A stretch of DNA of 64,000 bases, taken from Thermoplasmata archaeon (lineage in GTDB: Archaea > Thermoplasmatota > Thermoplasmata > RBG-16-68-12 > JAFNFQ01). The position numbers and the translations under genes are program-made. Position 1 is the first letter of the stretch, and each line of letters starts with the position of its first letter. The stretch covers positions 96,001 through 160,000 of the forward strand of contig JBGPQV010000001.1 of NCBI GenBank assembly GCA_041489255.1, written 5' to 3'. The notes below the pieces were generated by a model that saw only the letters and a list, made by a program, of their open reading frames with translations, did no database searches and was not told the origin of the DNA. Positions 39,179-48,966 of the stretch are shown here, piece after piece.

Positions 39179-39928
39179 TCACTCGCTTGCCACGACTTTG
39201 GATAGTTCCTGTTCCCTCTTCCTCAACTTCTCCTCTCGTTCGAGAAGTTCGAAGGCTTTCTTCTGCACTATCTTGACGCGCATCTCCATGTCCTTCTGCG
39301 CCTGGACAAAGTCTTCGGGGATCTTCGCCTTCGCGGAATACAGATCGGCTTTGAGGGTTTCGATATCTCTTTGCAGCCGCTCCTCCCTTTCCTTCGTTGC
39401 TGACGCGGCCGCCTCCATCTCCCGCAACTTGTCCTCCTTGGCTTGCAGCTCTACCGACTTCTCCGTGTTTGACTTCCTCTCTTGTATGAGCTGCGATTCG
39501 ACCTTCTGCAGTTTCTCCTGCAGTTCGTCCAGGTTGATTCCAGAATCTTCCTCGGGGGATGCTTCTTTCGAATCAGAAGGTGCGGCTCCCGCGTCAACCT
39601 CCTCCGCCGGTCCCTCGTGTTGCTGAGCCAGAGAAGCTTCGACGGCGGTCAAGGTCGCCTTCGCCCACGTCAGTTCTTGGGAACCGAGGGGCCCCCTCGA
39701 CATGGCGATGAGACTCAGCTGCGCACCGTGGAGCATGGTGGCCTTGTATTCGCCGATGAAGACAGTCTGCGAATCCTCCATCGCCATGTTCCCGACCGCC
39801 TTCACGAAGTCGTCGAACTCGACGGTGCACTCGTCGTCGACGGTGTACTCTCCCGTATAGGCGCCCTGGTCGTCGATTACGAAGAGCTTCTGCAGGGTAG
39901 CGACGTTCTTCTTTTGCGGCGTCACCAT
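39179..39928 (-). CDS. coiled-coil protein with an N-terminal longin/roadblock-like domain
   Basis: N-terminal KLFVIDDQG...FIGEYKATMLHGAQLSLIAM, acidic linker, then heptad-rich helix. Confidence 0.7.
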   Translation of the reverse strand: MVTPQKKNVATLQKLFVIDDQGAYTGEYTVDDECTVEFDDFVKAVGNMAMEDSQTVFIGEYKATMLHGAQLSLIAMSRGPLGSQELTWAKATLTAVEASLAQQHEGPAEEVDAGAAPSDSKEASPEEDSGINLDELQEKLQKVESQLIQERKSNTEKSVELQAKEDKLREMEAAASATKEREERLQRDIETLKADLYSAKAKIPEDFVQAQKDMEMRVKIVQKKAFELLEREEKLRKREQELSKVVASE

Positions 39929-40066
39929 TGCTGGTCCTCCCTGATCACTTTGGTCCGCAGAGTATTGCTTTGGGAGTGCATGGTCTAAGCGACCTATCTT
40001 GCTATAATGCCATGCGAACGATTCTCAACGGTGATAAGATTGCGGTTGCAGACTTGGGCGACCATG

Positions 40067-40648
40067 TCAAGGTTTGACGAACAGGCGCGAGACCGTACTG
40101 ACGCTCAGGACAACCACAAGAACGACAATCATCACGATGCCGACCCCCGCCGCCACAGCGCCTTCGATCACCCTTCCCGAACTCACGAGGAAGACTCCCT
40201 CCAGGACGAAGCCCACAGAGGCTCCTGCGAATATCGCCAGGTAGCCATACCATAGAGTGCGAACGATTTGCCGCGTCGTCAGCGCCCTGACGTCTTCTTC
40301 CTTGATTGCCTTGTCGCCTGCCCTGAAGAACGGCGATTGGACCGATTGCGTCTCTCTGGCCATCCGGACCTTGTAGGCGTTGACCGACTTCGGCGAGAAG
40401 TCCACGGACGTCCTTTCCCTGCTGGCGCTCCACCCGTCCCCGTGAATCACATCGCTCGCGGCGTAGAACGGGTTGCCGCAGAGCAACTCATAGGCCATCT
40501 GGACCCTTAGGAAGTCCTCCCTGGCCTCAGGTAAATTATTGATGTCGGGGTGACACCTTTTCACTGCTCGCCTGTAGGCCCTCTTGATCTGCTCCTGGCT
40601 CGCTCCCGGCCACAGGCCGAGCACCGCATACGGATCTATCGCAGGCAT
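40067..40648 (-). CDS. DnaJ-domain membrane protein
   Basis: DPYAVLGL, IKRAYRR, HPD motif and two C-terminal TM helices. Confidence 0.9.
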   Translation of the reverse strand: MPAIDPYAVLGLWPGASQEQIKRAYRRAVKRCHPDINNLPEAREDFLRVQMAYELLCGNPFYAASDVIHGDGWSASRERTSVDFSPKSVNAYKVRMARETQSVQSPFFRAGDKAIKEEDVRALTTRQIVRTLWYGYLAIFAGASVGFVLEGVFLVSSGRVIEGAVAAGVGIVMIVVLVVVLSVSTVSRLFVKP

Positions 40649-40793
40649 CGAGAGTCCGATATGACAGCTCGAATTGAGTCTTTAAATCTGGCGTGGTTAC
40701 TTCCACGAACCGGAACGTTCGACCGCTTTAGGCTTAAATAGCGGTATCCTGTTGGCATCTTCGCGGACCGGTCTCGCGCCTGATCCGCAGGAT

Positions 40794-40896
40794 GGGCCCG
40801 TAGCTTAGTCCGGTGGAGCGTCCGGCTCATAACCGGATGGTCGTCGGTTCAAACACCCGTCCGTCATGGGGCGGGTTGGAAATCCGACCGGGCCCA
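40794..40896 (+). tRNA. tRNA-Ile2(CAU) with a 29-nt T-loop intron (40854-40882, position 59/60)
   Basis: GGGCCCG/CGGGCCC acceptor typical of archaeal Ile2; CAT at 40828-40830; BHB with helix TTCA/TGGA and bulges AA|C and AA|T. Confidence 0.9.
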
Positions 40897-40978
40897 TCGA
40901 ATCTCCCCTGATCGGCCAGTGCGCCTTCATAGCCCCGCCAACAGCCTTTTTAGCGTCCCTTGACGTGTCCATTGCGCA

Positions 40979-43720
40979 TTGAAAGACCTGGGTTTGGACA
41001 AGAGCATTGTCAGGGCTCTCGGCAAGCTCGGCATCAGCGAGTTCACCGAACCCCAGCTCCGCGCGATACCCCTAATCATGCAAGGCAAGAACGTTCTTCT
41101 CGTTGCCCCGACGGGGCTCGGCAAGACCGAGGCCGCGATTCTCCCACTGCTCCACAAGCTCATCACGGAGAAGCCCAAGCCCATCAGCCTACTCTACATC
41201 ACGCCCCTGAGATCGCTGAACAGGGACATGCTGCGTCGCATGACCTTCTTCGCCGAGGAATTGCATATACGCGTGGCGGTGAGGCACGGCGACACCTCGC
41301 CGCAGGAGAGAGCCGCCCTCTCCCGCAATCCTCCCGACATCCTCATTACAACGCCGGAAACGTTCCAGATACTATTCACTGGCACGAAGTTGAGGCAGCA
41401 GCTGCGGCAGGTGAGATGGGTCATCGTGGACGAGGTTCACGAGCTTGCCGACGACGAACGGGGAGGACAGCTCGCGATAGGGTTGGAGAGGCTCGCCGCT
41501 CTCGCGGGGAGACGTTTCCAGAGGATAGGGCTGTCTGCGACAGTCGGGACGCCGCAGGAAGCGGCCAGGTTCCTGGCGGGCACGAAAGACGGAATCGAAG
41601 TCGTGCAAGTGGCCGTCGTGAAGGACCTCGCGATAAATGTCGAGTACCCCGAGGTCACTCCGGCTGACGGGAAGCTCACCGACCAGATCCATGTGCAGCC
41701 GGGAATGGCGGCCGCCATGAGACGATGCATGGAGCTCGTGGACCGCCACAGATCCACTCTATTCTTCGTGAATACCAGGGACACCGCGGAATTCCTCTCT
41801 TCCCGGATGCGGGCAGCCTTTCCAGAGTCGAGCATCGGCGTCCACCACGGCTCTCTCGCCCGCGACGTCAGGATACAGATGGAAGACGAGTTCAAGTCTG
41901 AGAAACTCAAGACCCTTATCTGCACCTCTTCCCTGGAACTTGGAATTGACGTCGGCAGCGCGGACTTCACCCTTCAGTTCAACTCGCCTCGCCAAGTGAC
42001 CCGACTCGTACAGCGCGTGGGAAGATCGGGGCATGGGGTCGGCAAGACGTCAAAGGGCACGGTCATCGCGACATCGGAGGACGACATCGCGGAGGCAATG
42101 GTCATTGCAAGGAAGGCGCTCTCCGGGGAACTCGAGCCTCTCAGAGTGAGGCGCAACAACATGAGCGTCCTCGCGAACCAGCTCGTCTCGATGACGATGA
42201 CTCAGCCGTCGATGACCCTCGATGAGGCGTTCGAGCTCGTAAGAGGCGCATATCAGTACAGGGACCTCAAGAGAGTCGACTTCGAAGCATTGGCCAACCA
42301 GCTGGCTGAACTGAGAGTCTTGTGGTGCAGGGACGGCAGGATAGGGCGCTCTCGGGGATCGATGACCTACTTCTACGAGAACATCTCGATGATCCCTGAC
42401 GTGAGGACGTACCGCGTCACCGACATCCCCTCACGGAACGAGATAGGGACGCTCGATGAGTGGTTCGTCGCGGAGTATGCGAAGGAGGGCAGCACATTCG
42501 TCATGAAAGGGTTGGCATGGCGGTTCGTCGAGTTCAAGGAAGACAGGATACTGGTCGAGCCCGTGAAGGACATCGGGGAGGTGCCCAGCTGGATCGGCGA
42601 GGAAATCCCCGTGCCCCTCGACGTCGCGATGGAGGTGGGGAGGCTCAGGCGGGAGAGACATCTAGCGGACTACCCCGTGAACGAGGATGGCGGGAGAACC
42701 CTGGCCAAGCACCTCGATGAACAGGGAGAGCTCCCGACCCCCTCGGACAGACTCGTGACAATAGAGTCCTTGAAAGACATGATCGTCGTCAACGCGTGCT
42801 TCGGCACGAAGGTGAACGAGACTCTAGCCCAGCTGTTCACGGCTTTGTTGTCGGCGAGATTCGGACAGAGCGTCGGCGTCCGAACGGACCCGTATCGCAT
42901 AATCCTGCAAGTCCCGAGGGCGGTGCAGCCCGACCTGATCAAGACGATACTGATGCCTGATGACCCGTCCGCCATCGAGCCCCTGCTGCGCGTGGCGCTG
43001 AGGAACTCGCCCTATCTGCGCTGGTCGTTCGTCCATGTAGCCAAGAAGTTCGGCGCCCTCAGGAGGGACGTTGAATGGGAGGCGGTGAACATCCAGAGGC
43101 TGTTGAAGGTCTTTGACCGCACTCCGCTACTCGAGGAAGTCTTCGCGAAGGTATTCTGGGAGAGGCTCGACATCGAGGCAACTGCGGTGGTGCTCGAGAG
43201 AATCAAGAAGGGAGACATACGAATCGAGTTCTCCAAGCTATCTCCCATAGGCAAGGCCGGTCTCGGTCCTTATATGATGCTCATTGCCCCTGCCAAGGCA
43301 GATCATGCGACGCTCATGGCGCTGAAGCATAGGCTCGAAGAGTCGTTCATGGTGATGGTCTGTCTGAAATGCAAAAGCAGCTGGAGGACGCGGGTGGGAG
43401 GCTTGAAGGAGAAAGTGCGCTGCCCTCAATGCGATGGCATGATGATTGCGGCTCTCAGGCCATATGAGAGGGAACTTGCCGAGCGCGTCCGCAGGCGGGA
43501 GGGGAAGCTCTCCGAGGGAGAATACAGGAAGCTTCGAACGATAGCCAGTCTGGTCGCGGCCAATGGGAGAAAGGCGGTAATCGCGCTTGCCGCGAGGGGG
43601 GTAGGTCCAGAAACCGCCGCGAGAATATTGAGGGGGCTCCATGACACCGAGGAGGACTTCCTCAGGAGCGTGTTGGCGGCCGAGGTCAATTACGCGAGGA
43701 CGAAGCGCTTTTGGGACTAG
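40979..43720 (+). CDS. lhr: Lhr-family ATP-dependent DEAD/H helicase
   Basis: APTGLGKT, DEVHE, LSAT, HHGSL, QRVGRSGH and C-terminal Zn ribbon. Confidence 0.95.
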   Translation: MKDLGLDKSIVRALGKLGISEFTEPQLRAIPLIMQGKNVLLVAPTGLGKTEAAILPLLHKLITEKPKPISLLYITPLRSLNRDMLRRMTFFAEELHIRVAVRHGDTSPQERAALSRNPPDILITTPETFQILFTGTKLRQQLRQVRWVIVDEVHELADDERGGQLAIGLERLAALAGRRFQRIGLSATVGTPQEAARFLAGTKDGIEVVQVAVVKDLAINVEYPEVTPADGKLTDQIHVQPGMAAAMRRCMELVDRHRSTLFFVNTRDTAEFLSSRMRAAFPESSIGVHHGSLARDVRIQMEDEFKSEKLKTLICTSSLELGIDVGSADFTLQFNSPRQVTRLVQRVGRSGHGVGKTSKGTVIATSEDDIAEAMVIARKALSGELEPLRVRRNNMSVLANQLVSMTMTQPSMTLDEAFELVRGAYQYRDLKRVDFEALANQLAELRVLWCRDGRIGRSRGSMTYFYENISMIPDVRTYRVTDIPSRNEIGTLDEWFVAEYAKEGSTFVMKGLAWRFVEFKEDRILVEPVKDIGEVPSWIGEEIPVPLDVAMEVGRLRRERHLADYPVNEDGGRTLAKHLDEQGELPTPSDRLVTIESLKDMIVVNACFGTKVNETLAQLFTALLSARFGQSVGVRTDPYRIILQVPRAVQPDLIKTILMPDDPSAIEPLLRVALRNSPYLRWSFVHVAKKFGALRRDVEWEAVNIQRLLKVFDRTPLLEEVFAKVFWERLDIEATAVVLERIKKGDIRIEFSKLSPIGKAGLGPYMMLIAPAKADHATLMALKHRLEESFMVMVCLKCKSSWRTRVGGLKEKVRCPQCDGMMIAALRPYERELAERVRRREGKLSEGEYRKLRTIASLVAANGRKAVIALAARGVGPETAARILRGLHDTEEDFLRSVLAAEVNYARTKRFWD

Positions 43721-44072
43721 CTTTCGCCTTTCCCAGCCTCCTTACCGCCGACTCGAGCTTTTGGATGGTTCGAGCGAAATCGTCGCGCGCGGCGTTCAGC
43801 ATATCTTGGACAGGGCGTAGCGAGTACTCGTAAGCGATCTTCCTCGAACCACGCGGAACCGCCCTTCTTTGCAGGAGACCCCGCCGTACGAGGAGGGACA
43901 GGTGTTTCCGGACGCTCCTCTCGGACATCCGCACGTGCTTCACCAGCTCCTTCACGGGCAGGAACCTGCCAGCCCGAGCGAGGCTCTCCATGATTCTCTC
44001 TGCGGTCCGCGGAAGACTTAGGGCTTCGCTCATGCTCCGGACTATGCGCAGTCTCGGCTTGCTCTTCGGCAC
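43686..44072 (-). CDS. winged-helix (TrmB/ArsR-like) transcriptional regulator
   Basis: VKELVKHVRMSERSVRKHLSLLVRRGLLQR...YEY. Confidence 0.8.
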   Translation of the reverse strand: MPKSKPRLRIVRSMSEALSLPRTAERIMESLARAGRFLPVKELVKHVRMSERSVRKHLSLLVRRGLLQRRAVPRGSRKIAYEYSLRPVQDMLNAARDDFARTIQKLESAVRRLGKAKASPKSASSSRN

Positions 44073-44083
44073 GTCAATACGCC

Positions 44084-44103
44084 CATATATCGACAGATAT
44101 ATG
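44084..44103. promoter_or_regulatory. palindromic operator candidate
   Basis: CATATATC-GACA-GATATATG perfect 8-bp inverted repeat just upstream of the wHTH gene, in a divergent promoter region. Confidence 0.55.
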
Positions 44104-44225
44104 AAATTTATTCTTCATAGATGCCCGCATCCTCTCCTGAATCGGGAAAAGGATAAATAGAGTGAATCCAATCGCTTTGTCACTTCAGAGGGCAGGCCCG
44201 TCACGACTTCGAAAGGGAGCATTCG

Positions 44226-45968
44226 ATGACCGACTACGACCCCAATGGCGCGAAGATCGTCCTCACCTCGCCGCGAAGCGAAATCAGCAGGTTCAGCGGC
44301 GACCCGTTCTCGGCTTTCATGGCCGTCTTCCCTGAGAAGGTAATACCACGCTTCATCCTCAGACCCAAGTGGTTCAAGCCGGAGAACAACCCAGACGGCT
44401 CCGCGAAGTTCGTGCCATATGGCCTCAGGAAGGTCGAATCACTTCTGCTGAAGGAATTCCCCCGGGAAGACATCGTGTGCTGCCATCCGGACAATCTGGA
44501 TAGGTTCGTAGGTCCGAATACGAAGATAGTCGGGATATCTAGCATGGACCCGATGGGGCTGGCCTATGTCTCGGTCACCTACAACTCCATGATTGCTGTG
44601 CCGGGGGATTCGTTCGATGCCGATCAATTCAAGGATTTGATCAACCACAGGGTGCTCAAGAAGTTCGACCCATTCATCGTTCTCGGCGGGCCAGGAGCGT
44701 GGCAGGTGCGCCATGCGAGAAAGGTCGAGGAATATGGCATCGACCTCATGATGCACGGGGAAGTCGAACTGAATGTGGCGGACACGTTCAAGAGAATCTT
44801 GGCGGGAGAGAAGATGCCGTCGGAAATTCTCGGCAGCAAAGTGCCGATTGGCAACATCTCCACCATACAGTCCGCGGCGAGCCACGGCGTCGTCGAGATC
44901 ACGCGGGGGTGCGGCCGCGGATGCCAGTTCTGCTCGCCGACCAACCGCAGGCGACACTCGTTGCCACTCGACCACATAATGAAGGAGGTGGAAGTGAACG
45001 TCAAGGGAGGCAGCGACTCGATCTTCATCGCGACTGAGGACATGTTTCTCTACGAGTGCGGACCGAAGTTCGAGCCGAACGAGACCGCACTCGAGAAGTT
45101 GTTCAGGTCAATCGCTGACTATCCAGGTGTCAACTTCATCCATCTCTCTCACATCGCCATAGCGCCGGTCGTCTACAACCCCAAGATGGTGGAGACGATT
45201 TCACCGATTCTCATGGAGAAGACCAGATACACACCCGAGTTCAGACCGAACTACCCGAGGCCGTTCATCACGGCCCTCTTCGGAATCGAGTCGGGCAGCG
45301 TCCGCATCATGAAAAAGTACATGCGGGGCAAAATCTGGCCCTTTGACATCGAGAAGTACCATGAGGTCGTCGTCCAGGGCACGGGCATACTGAACGACAA
45401 CGGCTGGCGGCCAATGGCCACGCTCATGACCGGCTGGCCGGACGAGACACCGGCAGATACCGTTCAGACGCTTGAGCTGCTGGACAAGCTCAAGGGCCAC
45501 GAGATGTTCCTTGTCCCGCTCCTCTTCACCCCGCTCGAGGACACCAAGCTCAGGGACGAGCACATCATGTCCCTCGAGAAGCTGACGGACGCGCAGTGGG
45601 ACGTTTTCGGCTCGGCTTGGAAGTTCAACATCGACGTCTGGGATCCGAATAGCCAGCCGTTCTTCTCCTTCGCAGCGCTCTTCGCCTACTTCGCCTACTT
45701 CAGATGGAAACATGGACCGAAGGTCTGGAAGACCATCGCCAGGATCGCGGGCGTGCCGAGCAAGTTCCCTCTGCTGGGACCGGGGAGCTGCGACCCAAGG
45801 CTCTGTGTGGAGAACCCGAGCGTGGCGGGTGAAAATGTGGATGCTGTACCTTATGTACCTCAGACACACCTGGGAGAACTCAAAGCCAATCAACTGCAGC
45901 AGACAAGGACTGGTTTCGACGGGAATTCCCGCCAGCCGCAGGGCTCCCTCAGACGGTCTCGAACTTGA
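44226..45968 (+). CDS. radical SAM protein (B12-binding-like N-terminus)
   Basis: VEITRGCGRGCQFC, GIESGS and APYGLRKVE-like N-terminal motif. Confidence 0.9.
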   Translation: MTDYDPNGAKIVLTSPRSEISRFSGDPFSAFMAVFPEKVIPRFILRPKWFKPENNPDGSAKFVPYGLRKVESLLLKEFPREDIVCCHPDNLDRFVGPNTKIVGISSMDPMGLAYVSVTYNSMIAVPGDSFDADQFKDLINHRVLKKFDPFIVLGGPGAWQVRHARKVEEYGIDLMMHGEVELNVADTFKRILAGEKMPSEILGSKVPIGNISTIQSAASHGVVEITRGCGRGCQFCSPTNRRRHSLPLDHIMKEVEVNVKGGSDSIFIATEDMFLYECGPKFEPNETALEKLFRSIADYPGVNFIHLSHIAIAPVVYNPKMVETISPILMEKTRYTPEFRPNYPRPFITALFGIESGSVRIMKKYMRGKIWPFDIEKYHEVVVQGTGILNDNGWRPMATLMTGWPDETPADTVQTLELLDKLKGHEMFLVPLLFTPLEDTKLRDEHIMSLEKLTDAQWDVFGSAWKFNIDVWDPNSQPFFSFAALFAYFAYFRWKHGPKVWKTIARIAGVPSKFPLLGPGSCDPRLCVENPSVAGENVDAVPYVPQTHLGELKANQLQQTRTGFDGNSRQPQGSLRRSRT

Positions 45969-46173
45969 ACAGGACTTTCATGCCTTTCAAGGTCGCTTGG
46001 ACCAAGTCGGCGAGATCCAGAGTTTCTGAGGGGTCAACGGCTTTCTTGGGCCAGGAGTAGACGAAATCATAGTTCCCTGTCATCGGCTTGAAACCGATCC
46101 CCTGAAGCAGGGAGGAGACCTCGGATGGCCTGCCGCCCTCCGTGGTGAAAGTGATGGTGAGATACGTTTTCAT
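45949..46173 (-). CDS. conserved small hypothetical protein
   Basis: MKTYLTITFTTEGGRPSEV...GNYDFVYSW...FKFETV; own TTTAT box upstream. Confidence 0.75.
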   Translation of the reverse strand: MKTYLTITFTTEGGRPSEVSSLLQGIGFKPMTGNYDFVYSWPKKAVDPSETLDLADLVQATLKGMKVLFKFETV

Positions 46174-46223
46174 GGACGGGCAATGGCAACCTTCGGGGCG
46201 GAGATAAATGTTGTGCCGGGCAC

Positions 46224-46348
46224 GAGGTTGTCAAGAAATTAGGGATATCTGGCTGCGGAGCGGACCTGTCGTGTCTTGTCTTCTCCATAAGCCAGGTGCC
46301 GTTAGCTTTCTTTCCCGGGCATTTCATCCCTAAGAATTCGATAACGCC
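46224..46348. mobile_element. 125-bp MITE, copy B
   Basis: Ends GAGGTTGTCAAG..TTAGGGAT / ATCCCTAA..TTCGATAACGCC; 9-bp direct repeat GCCGGGCAC at 46215-46223 and 46349-46357; colinear with copy A. Confidence 0.88.
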
Positions 46349-46362
46349 GCCGGGCACCCGTG

Positions 46363-48966
46363 TCAGGTAGATCCGCGCCTGACCAACCTCTTGAACGCGG
46401 CCTCGTAGCGCAGGAAGTTATCCGACGTCACGAAGCCATTCACGATATCGGCCGGCATGTTCGCTATGAATTTGTCCACGACGGTGAGGGCGTCTCTCGC
46501 GCTCTCGACCTGCTCCTCGTAGTCCTTCAGCTTCCTCTCTAATTCCTTCATCCGGTCGTCGAACGGGATGACCTCTTCCGGGTCCTTGCCAGTTGTCCTC
46601 GGTTTCCCCTTCGCCAGCTCCTCCTCGCTGGCCCTAATCCCAGCCTGGATCTGCGTTATCTCCTTGTGAGACTTCTCCAATAGGGCTTCCCTGTTCCTGA
46701 GATCCTTCTCCAACTCAGCGAGTCTCCGGCTCTCCTCCTCAAAATCGCGGACCTGCTTTGTGGTTGCCGCCATCTCTGCGTGGCGGGAGTCGAGCTCCTT
46801 TTCCCGGTTCACAAGCCGACCCTCCTTTTGCAGGAACTCCGATTCTCTGGAGGCCAGCTGCCTGGCTTTCTCCTCCAGTTCGTTCGTCTTGGCGTCCATC
46901 TCCGTCCTCAGCGCCTCTATGGAAGCCACGGCCTCGCCCATGCGCTTTTCGCGTTCCGCCATCGCGTCCTCTGCGGCCTTCACTCTCTCGTTCAGCGACG
47001 CCTCCTTCCTCTCCATCTCCCTCTTCACGGCTTCCATCGATCGGTCCTCACCCGCAGCTGACCGCCTGAGATCCTCGGACTTCTTTGCCTCCTCCGCCTG
47101 TGTCCGCTGCAGGTCCAGCACGCGGGCTTCCACGAGCCGTGCCTCCGCGAGCCGCTTCTCCAATTCCTCGCCCAGCCTCTTCGCCATCTCCCTCTCGGCA
47201 TCGACCGCCTCGCGCTCGCGCCTGATTGATGCGCGCACCGCGTCCACTTGGGCCATGTTCATCTTGAACGTCTCTTTCGCCTGGTCCGCCTCGCGTTCCT
47301 TGACGGCCAGATCCTGCTCCTTCTTCCTCATTCTCTCTTCCTTCGCGCCAATCTCCGCCTCAATGCCTTTGACCGCCGCGGCCTTCTGCTCGGTCTCGCG
47401 TAAGCGCGCAGCGAGGCTGTTTTCCTGCTGCCGCGTCGAATCCTGCCTGACTTTCAAATCGGCGTCCATCGCCTCGATCGGGGCTGTCCTCTTGTCCAGC
47501 TCGCGGTCCCTGGCGGTGAGCTCCTGTTCCATGCGCGTGATGCTCTCCTCCCTCGCCGCGAACTTCGACTCCATCGCAGCGGTCATTGCCGACCTGTCAC
47601 CGACTTCCTTCTCTCTCTTGACCAGCTCTTGTTCCTTCTGCTTCAGGACATTTTCTTTCGCGGCGAGTTTTGCCTGGGTGACCTCGATTGGCGCGGCTTT
47701 TCGTTCTATCTCCTTCTCCCTCGCGAGCAGCTCCTCTTCTTTCCTCTTCGCCGTGGCTTCATTCTCCAGGAGCCCTTTCAATGTCCTGTCGATGGTCGCG
47801 ACCTTCTCGCCCACTTCTCGCTCGCGGACCCTCTCCTCGCTCAAAGTCCTCTCTCTGTCCGCGCGGATCTGGTCCATCTGGAGGCGCAACGACTCCTGCA
47901 CGGACATCAGAGATGCGGCATGCTGGCCCACATCCGCCAGCTTCTTCGAGGCCTCCTCTATCGCCGCGATGTTGCCCTCCCTCTGCTGTATGTCAGCGAT
48001 CTCGGCCCTTATCCTCTCCTCCTGCTCCTTCATTTGGGCCTCGAGGGACCTGAGGGCTTCCTCCCTCCTCTCAATCTCCGCCTTGCTTGCCGCCATCTCC
48101 GCTTCCTTTCCGGCCATCTGCGCAATCTGCTCTTCGAGTTTCTTCCTCGAATCATCGAGCGCGAATCGCTCCTTGCCGAGATCCAACAGCTTCTCTTCGA
48201 AATCGCGCACGCGAGCGTCCATGTCCTCCATGAGAACTGCAATCTCGCGCGTGTTGACCAATACCTCTCGGGCGATCTCGTATTCTGACTCCAAGCTCGA
48301 CGGGCGCTTTTCGGGCATAGCGGGTATCTCCTCCGACTTGGGGGCTTCTTCCACCGCCTCTTCGGCTGGTTCTTCAACAACTGGTATTTGGATTCGGGTC
48401 ACCGGCTGCGGGGCTTCGGGCGGCGGTGGTTCCTCCGGCCCGAGGCGATCCGGCGGTGGGGTGGGTTCTTCAATCACCGCAGGTTCGTCCATGATTGGCT
48501 GCACGATTTCAGCGGACTCTGCCGCCATCATCGGCGGGGGCGGCGTCGGCATGTATTGCACTGATTCCGCTGGCGGTACCGGAATCTGCGGTTCGACCGG
48601 TTTCCTCCTTGAGGGGAATGGACTCAGCCAAACGTATTCCACCCCATCCCCGCCCTGCGCCTCGACGAATCGGATGAGTCTACCCTTCATTTCGTCGACG
48701 TCGCCGGAGTCGTCGATGTGGTAGGCCTTGCACAGATTCTTGAGAGGGCGCTCCTGCGTGTAGGACATGATCGCCCTGGCGGGGAGCAGCTGCACATGCA
48801 AGGTCCGCTCGACGACAATCGCCGAGGCGATGAGCACAGCCGCCAGGATGATGAATGCATTCAGTCCCAACACGTCAACTGACAAGCCTGAAGGTACAGG
48901 AACGCAGATGACGAACAGGATTATGAGTCCGATAAGGACTACTTGCCAGTACTTCAGCCCTGACGT
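46363..48966 (-). CDS. membrane-anchored long coiled-coil protein (start probably ACG or CTG)
   Basis: Two N-terminal TM segments, SAP-like motif, Pro-rich linker, then several hundred residues of coiled coil; frame open to 48978. Confidence 0.8.
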   Translation of the reverse strand, partial: TSGLKYWQVVLIGLIILFVICVPVPSGLSVDVLGLNAFIILAAVLIASAIVVERTLHVQLLPARAIMSYTQERPLKNLCKAYHIDDSGDVDEMKGRLIRFVEAQGGDGVEYVWLSPFPSRRKPVEPQIPVPPAESVQYMPTPPPPMMAAESAEIVQPIMDEPAVIEEPTPPPDRLGPEEPPPPEAPQPVTRIQIPVVEEPAEEAVEEAPKSEEIPAMPEKRPSSLESEYEIAREVLVNTREIAVLMEDMDARVRDFEEKLLDLGKERFALDDSRKKLEEQIAQMAGKEAEMAASKAEIERREEALRSLEAQMKEQEERIRAEIADIQQREGNIAAIEEASKKLADVGQHAASLMSVQESLRLQMDQIRADRERTLSEERVREREVGEKVATIDRTLKGLLENEATAKRKEEELLAREKEIERKAAPIEVTQAKLAAKENVLKQKEQELVKREKEVGDRSAMTAAMESKFAAREESITRMEQELTARDRELDKRTAPIEAMDADLKVRQDSTRQQENSLAARLRETEQKAAAVKGIEAEIGAKEERMRKKEQDLAVKEREADQAKETFKMNMAQVDAVRASIRREREAVDAEREMAKRLGEELEKRLAEARLVEARVLDLQRTQAEEAKKSEDLRRSAAGEDRSMEAVKREMERKEASLNERVKAAEDAMAEREKRMGEAVASIEALRTEMDAKTNELEEKARQLASRESEFLQKEGRLVNREKELDSRHAEMAATTKQVRDFEEESRRLAELEKDLRNREALLEKSHKEITQIQAGIRASEEELAKGKPRTTGKDPEEVIPFDDRMKELERKLKDYEEQVESARDALTVVDKFIANMPADIVNGFVTSDNFLRYEAAFKRLVRRGST

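Noticed and set aside
40794-40896. tRNA-Met call from the CAT anticodon
   Set aside because: The GGGCCCG acceptor matches archaeal Ile2, not initiator (AGC...) or elongator (GCC...) Met.
46760-48724. 654-aa plus-strand ORF and similar long antisense ORFs elsewhere
   Set aside because: Ser-rich mirror frames of high-GC coiled-coil genes on the opposite strand, with no motifs.
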